The notes under the pieces: model-generated
The model's input: only the letters and a program-made list of their open reading frames with translations
What the model was told of the DNA's origin: nothing
The model's database searches: none
Translations under genes and position numbers: made by a program
Origin: an uncultured Candidatus Saccharibacteria bacterium
GTDB taxonomy: Bacteria; Patescibacteriota; Saccharimonadia; Saccharimonadales; Saccharimonadaceae
Direction: 5' to 3'
DNA length: 64,000 nt
Assembly (NCBI GenBank): GCA_964499245.1
Contig: CAZCIN010000001.1
Coordinates: 5,106 to 69,105 of the forward strand
In this document: positions 45,566 to 55,826 of the stretch, piece by piece
Position numbering within the stretch: the first letter of the stretch is position 1
How the letters are laid out: every line of letters starts with the position of its first letter

Positions 45566-46440
45566 AATTCTCCTTCCTTTTTGAGTTCTTCAATATAACG
45601 CTTCGTGGCATCTTGCCAATTTGGCAAACGCGTAAAACCGTTTTTCTCGATACTGTCCTTGCTGAGCTTGGAATAATGGGGACGCTTGGCCTGTGGATGA
45701 CCGGCAATCTCAGCGTACTGCTCAGTAGTGACTTTTTTGACTTTGGTGTCGACGCCAGCGTTTCGGTAAATTTCTTCGGTGAATTCTGCCCACGAGCAAA
45801 AGCCTTCGTTGGTGGCATGATAAGTGCCATATTTATCACTTTCGGACAGATCGACGAGGAATTTGGCGAGATCGACCGTGTAAGTAGGAGAGCCGATTTG
45901 ATCGTCGACTACGGCGACTTCATCACGACCATTTGCAACTTTAAGCATGGTTTTTACAAAATTGTGACCATTAATGCCGAAGACCCAGGCGGTACGGACG
46001 ATGAAATGTTTAGGATACTGCCGAACGACTTGTTCCCCGTCGTATTTGGTCTGACCATAGACACTCTGGGGATCTACTGCGTGATTAACCGCATACGGCT
46101 CGGGATTTTCGCCATCGAAAACGTAATCCGTAGAAATGTAAATAATCTTTGCACCGACTTTCTCAGCAGCTTTGGTGAGATTGGCTGTACCGTCGACGTT
46201 GACTTTGCGACAAGTTTCGGCGTCATCCTCAGCACCATCAACATTGGTATAGGCAGCGCAATGGATAATCGCATCAGGACGGAAGTTTTCCACATAGTTT
46301 TCCACAGCTTGTGCATCGGTGATGTCAAGATCGGCCAGATGAGGAGCGGCAATATCAGGCTCGACAACACCGCGGCTGAGTAATTCCTTTTTGACATCAA
46401 AACCGAGTTGTCCACTAGCACCAGTAATAAGGTATTTCAT
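45562..46440 (-). CDS. rfbD: dTDP-4-dehydrorhamnose reductase
   Basis: GASGQLG, CAAYTNVD, STDYVFDG, YGQTK. Confidence 0.96.
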   Translation of the reverse strand: MKYLITGASGQLGFDVKKELLSRGVVEPDIAAPHLADLDITDAQAVENYVENFRPDAIIHCAAYTNVDGAEDDAETCRKVNVDGTANLTKAAEKVGAKIIYISTDYVFDGENPEPYAVNHAVDPQSVYGQTKYDGEQVVRQYPKHFIVRTAWVFGINGHNFVKTMLKVANGRDEVAVVDDQIGSPTYTVDLAKFLVDLSESDKYGTYHATNEGFCSWAEFTEEIYRNAGVDTKVKKVTTEQYAEIAGHPQAKRPHYSKLSKDSIEKNGFTRLPNWQDATKRYIEELKKEGEL

Positions 46441-47003
46441 TTCGATTGCTCCTGTTCGTACTCGGCGAGAGTATGACGGTGCTGGTCCTTTTCGGAAAGC
46501 ATCGGCGACTCAATACCATATTCACTGAAAATTTCCTGCCAGTTAATATTGATTTCGGGATCGTCCCAAGCGATACCATCTTCTTGCTCAGGAGCGTAGG
46601 CATTGTCAACGTAATATTGGAAAATCGTGTTATCTTCAAGGCTAAGGAAACCATGAGCAAAACCACGCGGAATATAAAGTTGGCGATTATTATCGGGGGT
46701 AAGTAACACAGAAGTGAACTTTCGATAACTGGGAGATTCTGAACGCATGTCGACAACGACATCCACGACCGAACCGCGGACTACTTCGACGATTTTGGCC
46801 TGAGCGTAGTCGCCTTTTTGGAAATGCATGCCACGCAAAATGCCTTTGCTAGATTTGCTACGACTGACTTGTTTGATACCTTTGAAACCTAACTCGACAA
46901 GTTCGGGTTCGATATAAACTGGCGAATAGTATCCACGGGCATCGCCAAATTGAGCCGGCTCAAGAATGAAACAATCTTTGAGATTAGTAGAAATTTTGTT
47001 CAT
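46437..47003 (-). CDS. rfbC: dTDP-4-dehydrorhamnose 3,5-epimerase
   Basis: LRGMHFQ, QAKIV, GFAHGF; start moved to MNKIS. Confidence 0.95.
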   Translation of the reverse strand: MNKISTNLKDCFILEPAQFGDARGYYSPVYIEPELVELGFKGIKQVSRSKSSKGILRGMHFQKGDYAQAKIVEVVRGSVVDVVVDMRSESPSYRKFTSVLLTPDNNRQLYIPRGFAHGFLSLEDNTIFQYYVDNAYAPEQEDGIAWDDPEININWQEIFSEYGIESPMLSEKDQHRHTLAEYEQEQSK

Positions 47004-47878
47004 CGGCGAACCTCCAAAACTTTCTGCAGGAAGGCACCATAGGAATTCTTTTTTAGGAGTTCGGCGCGCTCGGCTAATTGTTCTGCGGTGATCCAACCTT
47101 TGTCAAAAGCAATCTGCTCAGGACAGGCAATAACGCGACTTTGATTAGTCTCGAGGGCGCGAACCATAACGGCAGCGTCCATTTGGCTATCAAAAGTGCC
47201 AGTATCAAACCAGCAGAAACCATTGCCAAGCAACTGGCCGCTCAGTCTTCCTTCCTGGAGATACATATCATTGAGGGTGGAAATTTCGATTTCACCACGA
47301 GCAGAGGGGGCAACGCGCTTGGCGTATTCAGAAACGCCAGCTGGATAGAAATAAAGACCAGTGACGGCAAAATCGGATTTAGGAACGGCGGGCTTTTCCT
47401 CAATACTCAGAATACGACCATCGGGGCCGAGTTCCATGATGCCAAAGCGCTCCGGATCGTGGACACGGAAACCGAAATTAGTGGCGAGGCCAGCCTCAGC
47501 ATCTTGCTTGGCTTGTTGAAGGAGATTAGTGAAACCGTTGCCGTAGAAAATATTGTCACCGAGGATCATAGCACAGGCTTCGCCACCAATAAATTCTTCG
47601 CCGACAATAAAGGCGTCGGCAAGACCGCGAGGCTCGGACTGAACTGCATACTGAAGATTGAGACCAAATTTACTACCATCACCAAGAAGTTTTTGGAAGC
47701 TGGCTTGATCGTTTGGAGTAGTGATGATGAGGATGTCGCGAATATCAGCGAGCATGAGCGTGGTCAGAGGATAAAAGATCATTGGTTTATCATAAATTGG
47801 CATTAACTGCTTGCTAATACCTTCGGTGATTGGATAAATGCGCGTGCCTGAGCCACCAGCTAGAATTATTCCTCTCAT
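47000..47878 (-). CDS. rfbA: Glucose-1-phosphate thymidylyltransferase
   Basis: GIILAGGSGTR, KQLMPIYDKPM, WFDTGT. Confidence 0.97.
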   Translation of the reverse strand: MRGIILAGGSGTRIYPITEGISKQLMPIYDKPMIFYPLTTLMLADIRDILIITTPNDQASFQKLLGDGSKFGLNLQYAVQSEPRGLADAFIVGEEFIGGEACAMILGDNIFYGNGFTNLLQQAKQDAEAGLATNFGFRVHDPERFGIMELGPDGRILSIEEKPAVPKSDFAVTGLYFYPAGVSEYAKRVAPSARGEIEISTLNDMYLQEGRLSGQLLGNGFCWFDTGTFDSQMDAAVMVRALETNQSRVIACPEQIAFDKGWITAEQLAERAELLKKNSYGAFLQKVLEVRR

Positions 47879-49428
47879 AGATCTCCTTTTAGTTTATAAA
47901 TTAATACTTTGTAACCCTTGGTGGTATTGATTTTGTCGTGATAAATGCGGTAGGGGTCAGCACCGACGGAAAGCCCACGTTCGGTGTTGGCGGGATGTAA
48001 ACCGGCTTTTGACAGAAGTTCGGCATAGATTTTCTTCTGGTGGCTAGGGACAGCGAGAACAAGAACGGAGGCTGCGTGCATACTGGTCTTAAGGTTCTCG
48101 ATAAAAGCCGCGATCGAATCAGGAGCAGCCTTTGGATGAAGTGGCTGGGAGATGATAAGATCAAAAAACACGCGAGGACGGCTGGGAGTACGGAAGAAGA
48201 AATCCGTGAGAAATTTGGTCTTATAAGAGTAGGGATCAGATTCAAGCCACTCATTATTGAGGGCAATGACTTGGCTATCGTCGATCCCCATAGTTGCTAA
48301 ATCATAATCGCCAAAACGGCCGATAGTTAAAACCTCTGACTCTCTAGTGAGTGGAAACTTCAAATCGCGACGCGCAATACGGAAAACATTGGGCTCGCCA
48401 AGAGAAAGTGGCGTGTCGGTTTTATGATCGGACAAAATATAGTCCGATTGGTCGGAAGGCAAGTCAAGCTGCTCGGCAAGTTCGGTGATGCGCTTCTTGA
48501 GAGCGGTAAATTGATAATTGACTTTATCGTCGACGCGAGCATCAAAAAGCTCAAGAAACGGGTGCAAAATGAATTTAGCGATATGCTTAATTATATACTT
48601 GGGATGAAAATGATGAGTGTTTTCTCCTTCGGGGCGTCTTTCACGCACGGCGTTATCGACTTCGACGAGGTCGTAACCGCGTCTTTCAAGATCGTTTTCG
48701 ATTAAAGAAATGGGGTAATCGCTAACGTTGGTTAAGATTCCCCGCCAATCAGCAACTGGGCCTTGGTCGCGAATCCCACCGAGGAAGAATTTGACTTTTA
48801 GAAGTGGGAACCGGTGGCCGACAATGGCGTTCATGGCGTCCATGTAGGGATGGCTGCCAAGGTCATCATATTTGATGAAGGTGCTATGGGTGAAGCCAGA
48901 TTTATCAAGCACAAAGGTAAGACGGTCTTCGTACTTGGAACAAACGGCATGAACGTTTTTTTCGGGTTTGATTGAATCAAAGAATTGGTAGAAGACATCT
49001 GACTCGAGAACTGGTTTTTTGAAGGCAACAAAATAACTTTGGATATGCAAATGATGATGGAAGGCAGAAGTGAGGCCCCAAAAGTCATTATCGCGACTTT
49101 CCATTTCTTCAAAAAGTGGCGCGAGGTCAAAAAGTGGACCGTAGCATGAGTCGTTAGTGAGAATTAGCTCGTCGTACTGTGCAATTTTTTGACGCCCAAC
49201 GTGATGAATGAGCTCTTGCCAAGAGCCAAAGTCGTATTTACCATGACGCTTGGCGAATGCCTCAACACAGTAAGGTTTAAGCTTGGCAAGCTCCGTGGCG
49301 TCAGCATCAAAATCACCATAATAATAAACGTCGGCAAACTGAGATAAGGCCTTTACGAGATAAACGACATAATCGGCAATTTGCCCGTTCGCATCAAAGC
49401 CCGCAACAAAACAGATCCTCTTATTCAT
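47875..49428 (-). CDS. Rhamnan synthesis protein F (RgpF)-like rhamnosyltransferase
   Basis: YDFGSW, LTNDSCYGP, DFWGLT, HIQSYF motifs. Confidence 0.8.
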   Translation of the reverse strand: MNKRICFVAGFDANGQIADYVVYLVKALSQFADVYYYGDFDADATELAKLKPYCVEAFAKRHGKYDFGSWQELIHHVGRQKIAQYDELILTNDSCYGPLFDLAPLFEEMESRDNDFWGLTSAFHHHLHIQSYFVAFKKPVLESDVFYQFFDSIKPEKNVHAVCSKYEDRLTFVLDKSGFTHSTFIKYDDLGSHPYMDAMNAIVGHRFPLLKVKFFLGGIRDQGPVADWRGILTNVSDYPISLIENDLERRGYDLVEVDNAVRERRPEGENTHHFHPKYIIKHIAKFILHPFLELFDARVDDKVNYQFTALKKRITELAEQLDLPSDQSDYILSDHKTDTPLSLGEPNVFRIARRDLKFPLTRESEVLTIGRFGDYDLATMGIDDSQVIALNNEWLESDPYSYKTKFLTDFFFRTPSRPRVFFDLIISQPLHPKAAPDSIAAFIENLKTSMHAASVLVLAVPSHQKKIYAELLSKAGLHPANTERGLSVGADPYRIYHDKINTTKGYKVLIYKLKGDL

Positions 49429-49436
49429 AGTATCTA

Positions 49437-51143
49437 TTATACCATAAGACGGCAATCTGTATGGTCAAGAGAGAGGTTTGGGTTATAGAAGGGATCACCC
49501 TGAGCGAAAATAGTAGGATGTGCATCGCGAAGCTTGGTGGCGATGGTGGGGTCGACAATTTTAGGTTGGGATTTACCAAGACGTCGGAAGCTTGCGGTGG
49601 GATTATAGACAACACTAAGGCCAGCTTCACGAAGGCGAAGGCAGAAGTCCACATCAGCTAATGCACCGAAAGATGAATCAAAACCACCAAATTCCTGGTA
49701 AACGGACTTTTTGATCATAAGACAGCTACTAGAGACAGCAGAATATTCGCCAGCCAAAGCGCCGTGGTCATTATAAGTATAAGCGGGAGGTTCACCATAG
49801 AAGATATTGCCGACGGAATGATATATGCCGACGATGAGACCAGCGTGTTCGATGCGCCCGTTATGCTGGAGAATTTGACCGGCGACACAACCGACATTGC
49901 CACGCTGGAGGGTGCCGATGAGTTGAATGATGGCGTGTTTTGAAAGCGGCTGGAGGTCGTCATCAAGGAAGAAAAGAAACTCGCTTTTAGGATCGGCAGA
50001 AGCTACGTCGGTGACGATTTCAAAATTCGTGTAATCGTCAGCTTGCAGAGCGGTAATAAAACGTGCTTTATCTGGATTTGAAGTAACGATGCTAACTAAT
50101 GGCTGTGCTTGCAACTGGTAATCAACGCGATAAGAACCGGGCAGAACTGGCTGACTCACGGAGACTGGAAGCGTGGTTTGGTCTTTCAGATATTCAGTGA
50201 GAGCACGTTCACCAGCTGCATAGGCATATGACTTATTCTTGGGGTCTTTGGCGGTGGAATTTTCGGCAGCGCGCCAATGATAAAGAATTTTTGGAATATG
50301 ATGAAAAGTGGCATGAGGGAGTAGGCGCAGATACAAATCGTAGTCCTGAGCACCATCAAAAGCGGAACGTTCATATTCCCCGTCGGACGTTTGGATGGCA
50401 GGAAGGAGCGATTTGTCGCAGACAAAAAAATGATTGATATAGTTGCAACTTTCGAGTAAGAAACGATTGAAATCAGGTTTAACAACATAGTAAGCATCGG
50501 GATCGTCACGAAGGGCAACAACATCTTCGTCACAATATAGTAAACGAGCGTCGGGATGTTGATTGAGATATTTAGCGTATTCAAAAAGGGTGTTTGGTTC
50601 GAGATAATCATCGTGGTCACAGAGAGCGACATGGGTAACGTCGGGATCTTGAAGAGCGAGCTCGAGACCGCGATTAGTATTGCCGGAGATACCGTAATTC
50701 TGGCCTAGCACAGCGTAGTGAATAGGGAGAGAATTTTGATAGCTGGCGACAATGGAAGAAAGCGCAGTGGATGGCTCTGCTTCTGAAGATTCTGATAGAA
50801 GCGGCGAAGCGTCCACGAGGAAAAGTTTGAACTGCGAATAAGTCTGAGCTTCAAAACTCTCGAGAAGTTCACGCAAATAAGCTTCTTTGGTGTTATAAAG
50901 CGGTATAACAATGCCAAAAACGGGCTGAGTTTTGAATTGGAAACGACGTTGGTAAGCCAACTCGGCACTGGAAAGTTGGTGCTCGGCGCGGAACTTACGA
51001 TAATCCCGACGCCAAGCGGAGTATTTATACTGAAGACGACCTTTGAGCCGCTCGGAGAAACCCTTGAGCCCACTGGTGGCGAGAATATGAGCAGCTTTTT
51101 TAAAATTAGCAGGATGAAAAAGGCGGGAAATATAATTAAACAT
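49437..51143 (-). CDS. Glycosyltransferase family 2, two GT-A domains
   Basis: IVIPLYNT, DHDD, DGAQDYDL, LYHWR, DVDFCLRL. Confidence 0.88.
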   Translation of the reverse strand: MFNYISRLFHPANFKKAAHILATSGLKGFSERLKGRLQYKYSAWRRDYRKFRAEHQLSSAELAYQRRFQFKTQPVFGIVIPLYNTKEAYLRELLESFEAQTYSQFKLFLVDASPLLSESSEAEPSTALSSIVASYQNSLPIHYAVLGQNYGISGNTNRGLELALQDPDVTHVALCDHDDYLEPNTLFEYAKYLNQHPDARLLYCDEDVVALRDDPDAYYVVKPDFNRFLLESCNYINHFFVCDKSLLPAIQTSDGEYERSAFDGAQDYDLYLRLLPHATFHHIPKILYHWRAAENSTAKDPKNKSYAYAAGERALTEYLKDQTTLPVSVSQPVLPGSYRVDYQLQAQPLVSIVTSNPDKARFITALQADDYTNFEIVTDVASADPKSEFLFFLDDDLQPLSKHAIIQLIGTLQRGNVGCVAGQILQHNGRIEHAGLIVGIYHSVGNIFYGEPPAYTYNDHGALAGEYSAVSSSCLMIKKSVYQEFGGFDSSFGALADVDFCLRLREAGLSVVYNPTASFRRLGKSQPKIVDPTIATKLRDAHPTIFAQGDPFYNPNLSLDHTDCRLMV

Positions 51144-51157
51144 CTAATGATATTATA

Positions 51158-52954
51158 CTACTTTTTGACGATACGGATTTCCAAAGCTTCCATACGACGG
51201 GATTTGCCAGTGGTACCAGCCATTTCCCCATTTTTGACCCAACCTTGCCAATCTTCGTCCTCAACATGAGCGCGATATTCGATACCATAGTGTTCGGCAG
51301 CTTCGCCGGTGAGCTTGATCTCGATAGCTTCTATGCGAAGAGATCTGCCAGTAGTGCCAGCAAGGGCACCATTCTTAGCCCAGCCTTGCCAACCGTCCTC
51401 GGCAACATGAGTACGATATTCAATATCGTATTTATCAGCGTCTTTACCGGTGAGTTTAATATTCAAAGCTTCCATACGGCGGGACTTGCCGGTGGTGCCA
51501 GCGGTGGCGCCATCTTTAACCCAAGGTTGCCAATACTCATCCTGAACATGGGCACGATATTCGATGCCGTCGATGGCTGGGATCTTGGGGGCTTCCGGTT
51601 CTTCCTCGGTCTCTTGATTGATATAGGCGTCGCCGGAGCCAGATGGTGCTGTGGAGTTTTTGCGTAGAACAGTTATTTGAAGAGCTTCGACACCGGCAGT
51701 AGGAATGTTGGTGCCAGCGGGATCACCATTCTTGGCCCAGCCCATCCAGCCAATATCAGAAACGTGGACGCGATAATAGATATCATACTCTGAAGCTAGC
51801 TTATCGGACAATTTAATACTGACGGCATGGATGCGTTTGGAAGCACCAGTTGTACCGGAGACTTCGTTGTTGCTATGCCAATCGTTTTCCCAACCATTAC
51901 CTTCAACGTCCGATTTGTAGAGAATGTCTGGATTATCAATTTTATAGGCTTCTAGGCGCAGAGATGCACCGACGGAACCGATGGGTTGTCCGGCACGAAC
52001 TACCTCTTGCCAGCCGACATCTTGGACGTGCCCTGAGAAGCGGAAGTCATACTCGGCAGCGACACTAGGAATTTTGATATTAACTGCGGGCAAAGCTGAG
52101 CCTTGAGTGCTACCAAACCACTTGGTAAAGTAGGCATAGAAATTGCGATTGCCATAGGCGGAGCAGGCGTCGCCAGTGCCGGTGCCGGCGTTGATGGCGG
52201 CAGCGTTGGGCTGATAAGGAGTGTAACGATAGAGAGCGGCGGTGGCGCGATTCTCGATCCAAACCTCACTACTACCACAGTTTTTATTGGGGTGATAAGC
52301 GACATAGACACCGCTAGTCTTTTCGGGATAGGCATAGTAACCATTATCAAGAGTATAGCGGAAAAGTTCGGCAGCCTTATTGATCTGATTCTTAAGACCA
52401 TAATATTTAGAATCGCAAGCGGCGGTATCTGGGCAGCCATAACCAGTCGCAGAGCGATATTGAACATTATTAGGATAATCGTCGGTAATGAGGCTCTGCT
52501 CCTTTTCTAGCAGAACGAGGAGAACCTGAGGGTTGATGCGGTGAGTTTGAGCAGCCTCATAGATGATCTCAGCAGCAGTTTGGCCTTCGCCAATGGTAGT
52601 ACCATCACCGAATTTTTCTTCGGAAAGACAGACGAAATGGCCGTTATATGGTTCCCCGCTCCAGTGCCAGGAGAGGTGAGGGTATTTTTTGACGAGACTG
52701 AGATAAAAATTATAGTCGGTATTTTTACAAGAATTCTTGCTGGTAAGAAAATTCTGAATGTCGGTGACACTCATAGTATCGTAATTAGACATGGTGGCGT
52801 CGCTGATGATATTGCCAGGTTTGAAGCCGTCGAGAGCGGCGGCGGAAGACGAAGGAGAGGAAGAGAGCGACATGAAAGCAAGGATCGCTCCGAGGATAAA
52901 TGAAGCGGCGCCGAGGGCGATAATTCTTTTTGGAAGGTGGGATTTTTTAGGCAT
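51158..52954 (-). CDS. Secreted cell-surface protein with C-terminal ChW-like (clostridial hydrophobic-W) repeats
   Basis: Signal peptide; repeated YRxHVxxxGW...GTTGxSxRxEA units; start moved to MPKKS. Confidence 0.8.
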   Translation of the reverse strand: MPKKSHLPKRIIALGAASFILGAILAFMSLSSSPSSSAAALDGFKPGNIISDATMSNYDTMSVTDIQNFLTSKNSCKNTDYNFYLSLVKKYPHLSWHWSGEPYNGHFVCLSEEKFGDGTTIGEGQTAAEIIYEAAQTHRINPQVLLVLLEKEQSLITDDYPNNVQYRSATGYGCPDTAACDSKYYGLKNQINKAAELFRYTLDNGYYAYPEKTSGVYVAYHPNKNCGSSEVWIENRATAALYRYTPYQPNAAAINAGTGTGDACSAYGNRNFYAYFTKWFGSTQGSALPAVNIKIPSVAAEYDFRFSGHVQDVGWQEVVRAGQPIGSVGASLRLEAYKIDNPDILYKSDVEGNGWENDWHSNNEVSGTTGASKRIHAVSIKLSDKLASEYDIYYRVHVSDIGWMGWAKNGDPAGTNIPTAGVEALQITVLRKNSTAPSGSGDAYINQETEEEPEAPKIPAIDGIEYRAHVQDEYWQPWVKDGATAGTTGKSRRMEALNIKLTGKDADKYDIEYRTHVAEDGWQGWAKNGALAGTTGRSLRIEAIEIKLTGEAAEHYGIEYRAHVEDEDWQGWVKNGEMAGTTGKSRRMEALEIRIVKK

Positions 52955-52964
52955 AGGCTCCTTT

Positions 52965-53537
52965 CTATAAGTTAATTTCTGCGGTGATATGGCCGGATTT
53001 GTCCGGAGAAGTAATGATGACGTCAATGGTATAAGTGCCGGAAAGTTGGTTCACCGGTACGGTGAAAGGGCCACAAGCCGAACTGGTGGCTTCGGCGGTG
53101 ACAGGCAAACTATCAGTGCTTCTGACTTCTTGGCCACTTGAATCCTTGAGAACGAGACGGCAGTTGCTATCGGAAGATAAGAATTGGTCGATACTAGCAA
53201 CAACTGTCAATTCCCCGCTAGAGATACTACGGCGGGTGATGGAGCCGGTGAGTTCTTCAAGCTCATTGGGATTCTCGCCCTCAAATTGGATGGCTTTGTC
53301 AGGAGGATTTTCAACAGCTGTTGAATTATTGGAGTCAGTCGATGAACTACTAGTATTTAGGGTGGAACTAGTGGTAGCCTCCTCAGTTTTAGTAGGGCGA
53401 AGCAGGAAAAAGGCCACAATAGCAATAGCAATAGCAATAGCAATAGCAATGGCAACTATCAATATGATAGCAATGATAATGGTGATGGGACGGCGATAGA
53501 CGGGAACGCGCCGGGATTTTGTTTGAGTTTTTGTCAT
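52965..53537 (-). CDS. Hypothetical membrane-anchored protein
   Basis: AGGAG RBS, TM helix containing an AI dipeptide run. Confidence 0.7.
   Translation of the reverse strand: MTKTQTKSRRVPVYRRPITIIIAIILIVAIAIAIAIAIAIVAFFLLRPTKTEEATTSSTLNTSSSSTDSNNSTAVENPPDKAIQFEGENPNELEELTGSITRRSISSGELTVVASIDQFLSSDSNCRLVLKDSSGQEVRSTDSLPVTAEATSSACGPFTVPVNQLSGTYTIDVIITSPDKSGHITAEINL
53417..53452. repeat. Hexanucleotide tandem repeat (CAATAG)5 plus CAATGG
   Basis: Read directly; encodes the AI run. Confidence 0.85.
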
Positions 53538-53591
53538 AAAGTTCTCCTATGTATTATTATAGCGGAAAAACTGGTAAGTACAAGACAAAAA

Positions 53592-53933
53592 TTATTGGAG
53601 ATTAGTATCGGCGAGGTCGAGGCCGAGGATTTCGGCGGCTTGCTCGATAATACGAGCTTCGGCAGGCGAAGCGTAGGCAAGACGTTGGCGGAAAAGCAGG
53701 GTGGTTTCCGGAAAATTGAGGTCGACGACTTCAAGTGAACGGGCGGCGCCGGGAGTTTTGCGGAGAGCGCCTTTCATGACGAGATTTTCGATATGCTCGG
53801 CAACAGCGGAAACGGAGGAGAGACCGAGGGCGGACATGATCTCGCGATAAGATGGTGATTCCCCTTCGCGAGCAGTGTATTCGCTGATGAAATCAACGAT
53901 GAGAGATTGTTTTTTGGTGAGTTTCGCTTTCAT
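53592..53933 (-). CDS. LexA-type DNA-binding domain protein without the S24 peptidase domain
   Basis: LTKKQ...PSYREI...LSSVSAVAEHIENLVMKGAL winged HTH; only 113 aa. Confidence 0.8.
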   Translation of the reverse strand: MKAKLTKKQSLIVDFISEYTAREGESPSYREIMSALGLSSVSAVAEHIENLVMKGALRKTPGAARSLEVVDLNFPETTLLFRQRLAYASPAEARIIEQAAEILGLDLADTNLQ

Positions 53934-54014
53934 ATAAAATTTCCAAAATTGTTATGACTTTAGGCAAATAGGTGTTATAATGGTTATTATAAATTAGGGA
54001 AAAAAGCAAGTCAA

Positions 54015-55826
54015 ATGGGAAATACGACCATCGATGGCCTGAAGGTGCGTTCGGCAAAAAAACCGGCTCCGCGCGTGAAAAAAAGCGCAGGGGCGACGCT
54101 TGATTTGGCGAAAAAACCGGCGGCAAAGCCGAAACCGGCAGTGGCTAAAGCACCGAAGAAGCCAGTCAGTTCACGTGCAGTGGTGAAAGATTTTGCTGAG
54201 CAGGACGATAGCGATTGGTCGGATTTGCTGGGGCAGATGAGCAATGACAGGACCGAAGAGAAAAGACCAGTTCGTAATGATGAGATTTTTGATGAAGAGC
54301 TAGACAACGACCCACCCGATAATGATTGGGATGATGATAAAGTCGATGCCCTTGAAGATGGGAAGACATACGAAAAAGATGACGATTGGATGGCAGACTG
54401 GGGCGGTGAAGGCGATGGCCTATTAGATGATGATTTTAGTTTTGTTGATGAGGACGAGAAACCGCGGCGAAAGACAAATAATAGTAAGAAAAAATTAAAG
54501 CATGGCCGTGGTAAGCACTGGGGGCGTAAAATTGCAATCATTGTGGTTGGGCTAGTGCTAGTAGGCGGAATAGTAATATTCTTGTGGGGCGACGCTTTGA
54601 TTTCGCGTTTGACGGGCGGGCGCTCGGGGCTTTGGAGTACTTTCTCGGCGATGATAGCTGACACGGTACCATTTGAAGAAGACGCTCAGGGGCGTACCAA
54701 TGTATTGGTTTTTGGCACAGAGGGTTACAACATGAACGGTGATGTGGGCGACGGTCAACATGACGGCTCACAACTGACGGATTCTATTATGGTAATCAGT
54801 TTTGACCAGGATACAAAAGATGTAGCACTGATTAGTCTTCCGCGGGATTTGAAGGTGTCGCGTGCTTGTTATGCTGGGAAAATTAATGAGGTTTATTCTT
54901 GCCATAATGATAATGGTAGTAATGAGCAAGCCGGCGCGGAGACTTTGGCAAGACAAGTAGGTGAAGTACTGGGAATTGATATTCAATACTGGGTGCATGT
55001 CAACTGGGGATCGCTAGTGCAAATTGTGGATAATCTAGGCGGGATTACGGTGACACTAGATGAGGATATTAACGATGTCAGCTATACCGGGGCAGTCATT
55101 AAGGCCGGGGTGCCAGTGACGCTCAACGGTGATGCGGCGTCAGGTTTGGCACGGGCGAGACATGGCACGATAGGTGGAGATTTCACGCGTGGTAATACTC
55201 AACAAAAAATTGTGATCGCGATTGTGCAGAAAGTGTTGGAATCGCAACTGGGCTGGGGACAGGCGCTCAATCTTTTAAATATCCTAGGTGATAACTTGCG
55301 GACAAATCTGGCAGCGGAAAACTTTAAGTCAGGATTTGTGATGATCTCGGGCTTTGATATAAATAATATCCGACAAGTACCGCTGATGGATTATAACAAT
55401 GATATTTATTACCTGTCGACTGCGAATATTAATAATATTTCCTTTGTGTTGCCGGCGCTAGGTGAAGGCAATTATGATGACATTCAGGCTTATGTGCGAC
55501 AGATGCTAAATTCTGATCCGACAATACGAGAGGGAGCGACTATTGCAGTGCTGAATGCGACTGACGAGGTTGGTGTAGCGGGGGCGGAACGCAACCGCCT
55601 GACAGAAAAAGGCTATAATGTTGTAGAGGTGGGGGATGCACCGAATGAAAGTTGTCAAGAAAAGTATTGTGTATTCGTGACTAACGACTCCAAACCAGCT
55701 ACTAAGGCAGCTCTGGAGCAGGCTTATGGCGTTACGGCACAACCATTTAATGATAGTTTACCCTGGACGAACGCTGACATTATCGTAGTGATTGGGGCGA
55801 CAGATGAAGAAGCAACTGCAGAATAA
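54015..55826 (+). CDS. LCP (LytR-CpsA-Psr) family glycopolymer transferase with LytR_C domain
   Basis: TDSIMV, ISLPRD, KINEVY, LARAR, RGNTQQ; C-terminal VLNAT...AG. Confidence 0.9.
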   Translation: MGNTTIDGLKVRSAKKPAPRVKKSAGATLDLAKKPAAKPKPAVAKAPKKPVSSRAVVKDFAEQDDSDWSDLLGQMSNDRTEEKRPVRNDEIFDEELDNDPPDNDWDDDKVDALEDGKTYEKDDDWMADWGGEGDGLLDDDFSFVDEDEKPRRKTNNSKKKLKHGRGKHWGRKIAIIVVGLVLVGGIVIFLWGDALISRLTGGRSGLWSTFSAMIADTVPFEEDAQGRTNVLVFGTEGYNMNGDVGDGQHDGSQLTDSIMVISFDQDTKDVALISLPRDLKVSRACYAGKINEVYSCHNDNGSNEQAGAETLARQVGEVLGIDIQYWVHVNWGSLVQIVDNLGGITVTLDEDINDVSYTGAVIKAGVPVTLNGDAASGLARARHGTIGGDFTRGNTQQKIVIAIVQKVLESQLGWGQALNLLNILGDNLRTNLAAENFKSGFVMISGFDINNIRQVPLMDYNNDIYYLSTANINNISFVLPALGEGNYDDIQAYVRQMLNSDPTIREGATIAVLNATDEVGVAGAERNRLTEKGYNVVEVGDAPNESCQEKYCVFVTNDSKPATKAALEQAYGVTAQPFNDSLPWTNADIIVVIGATDEEATAE

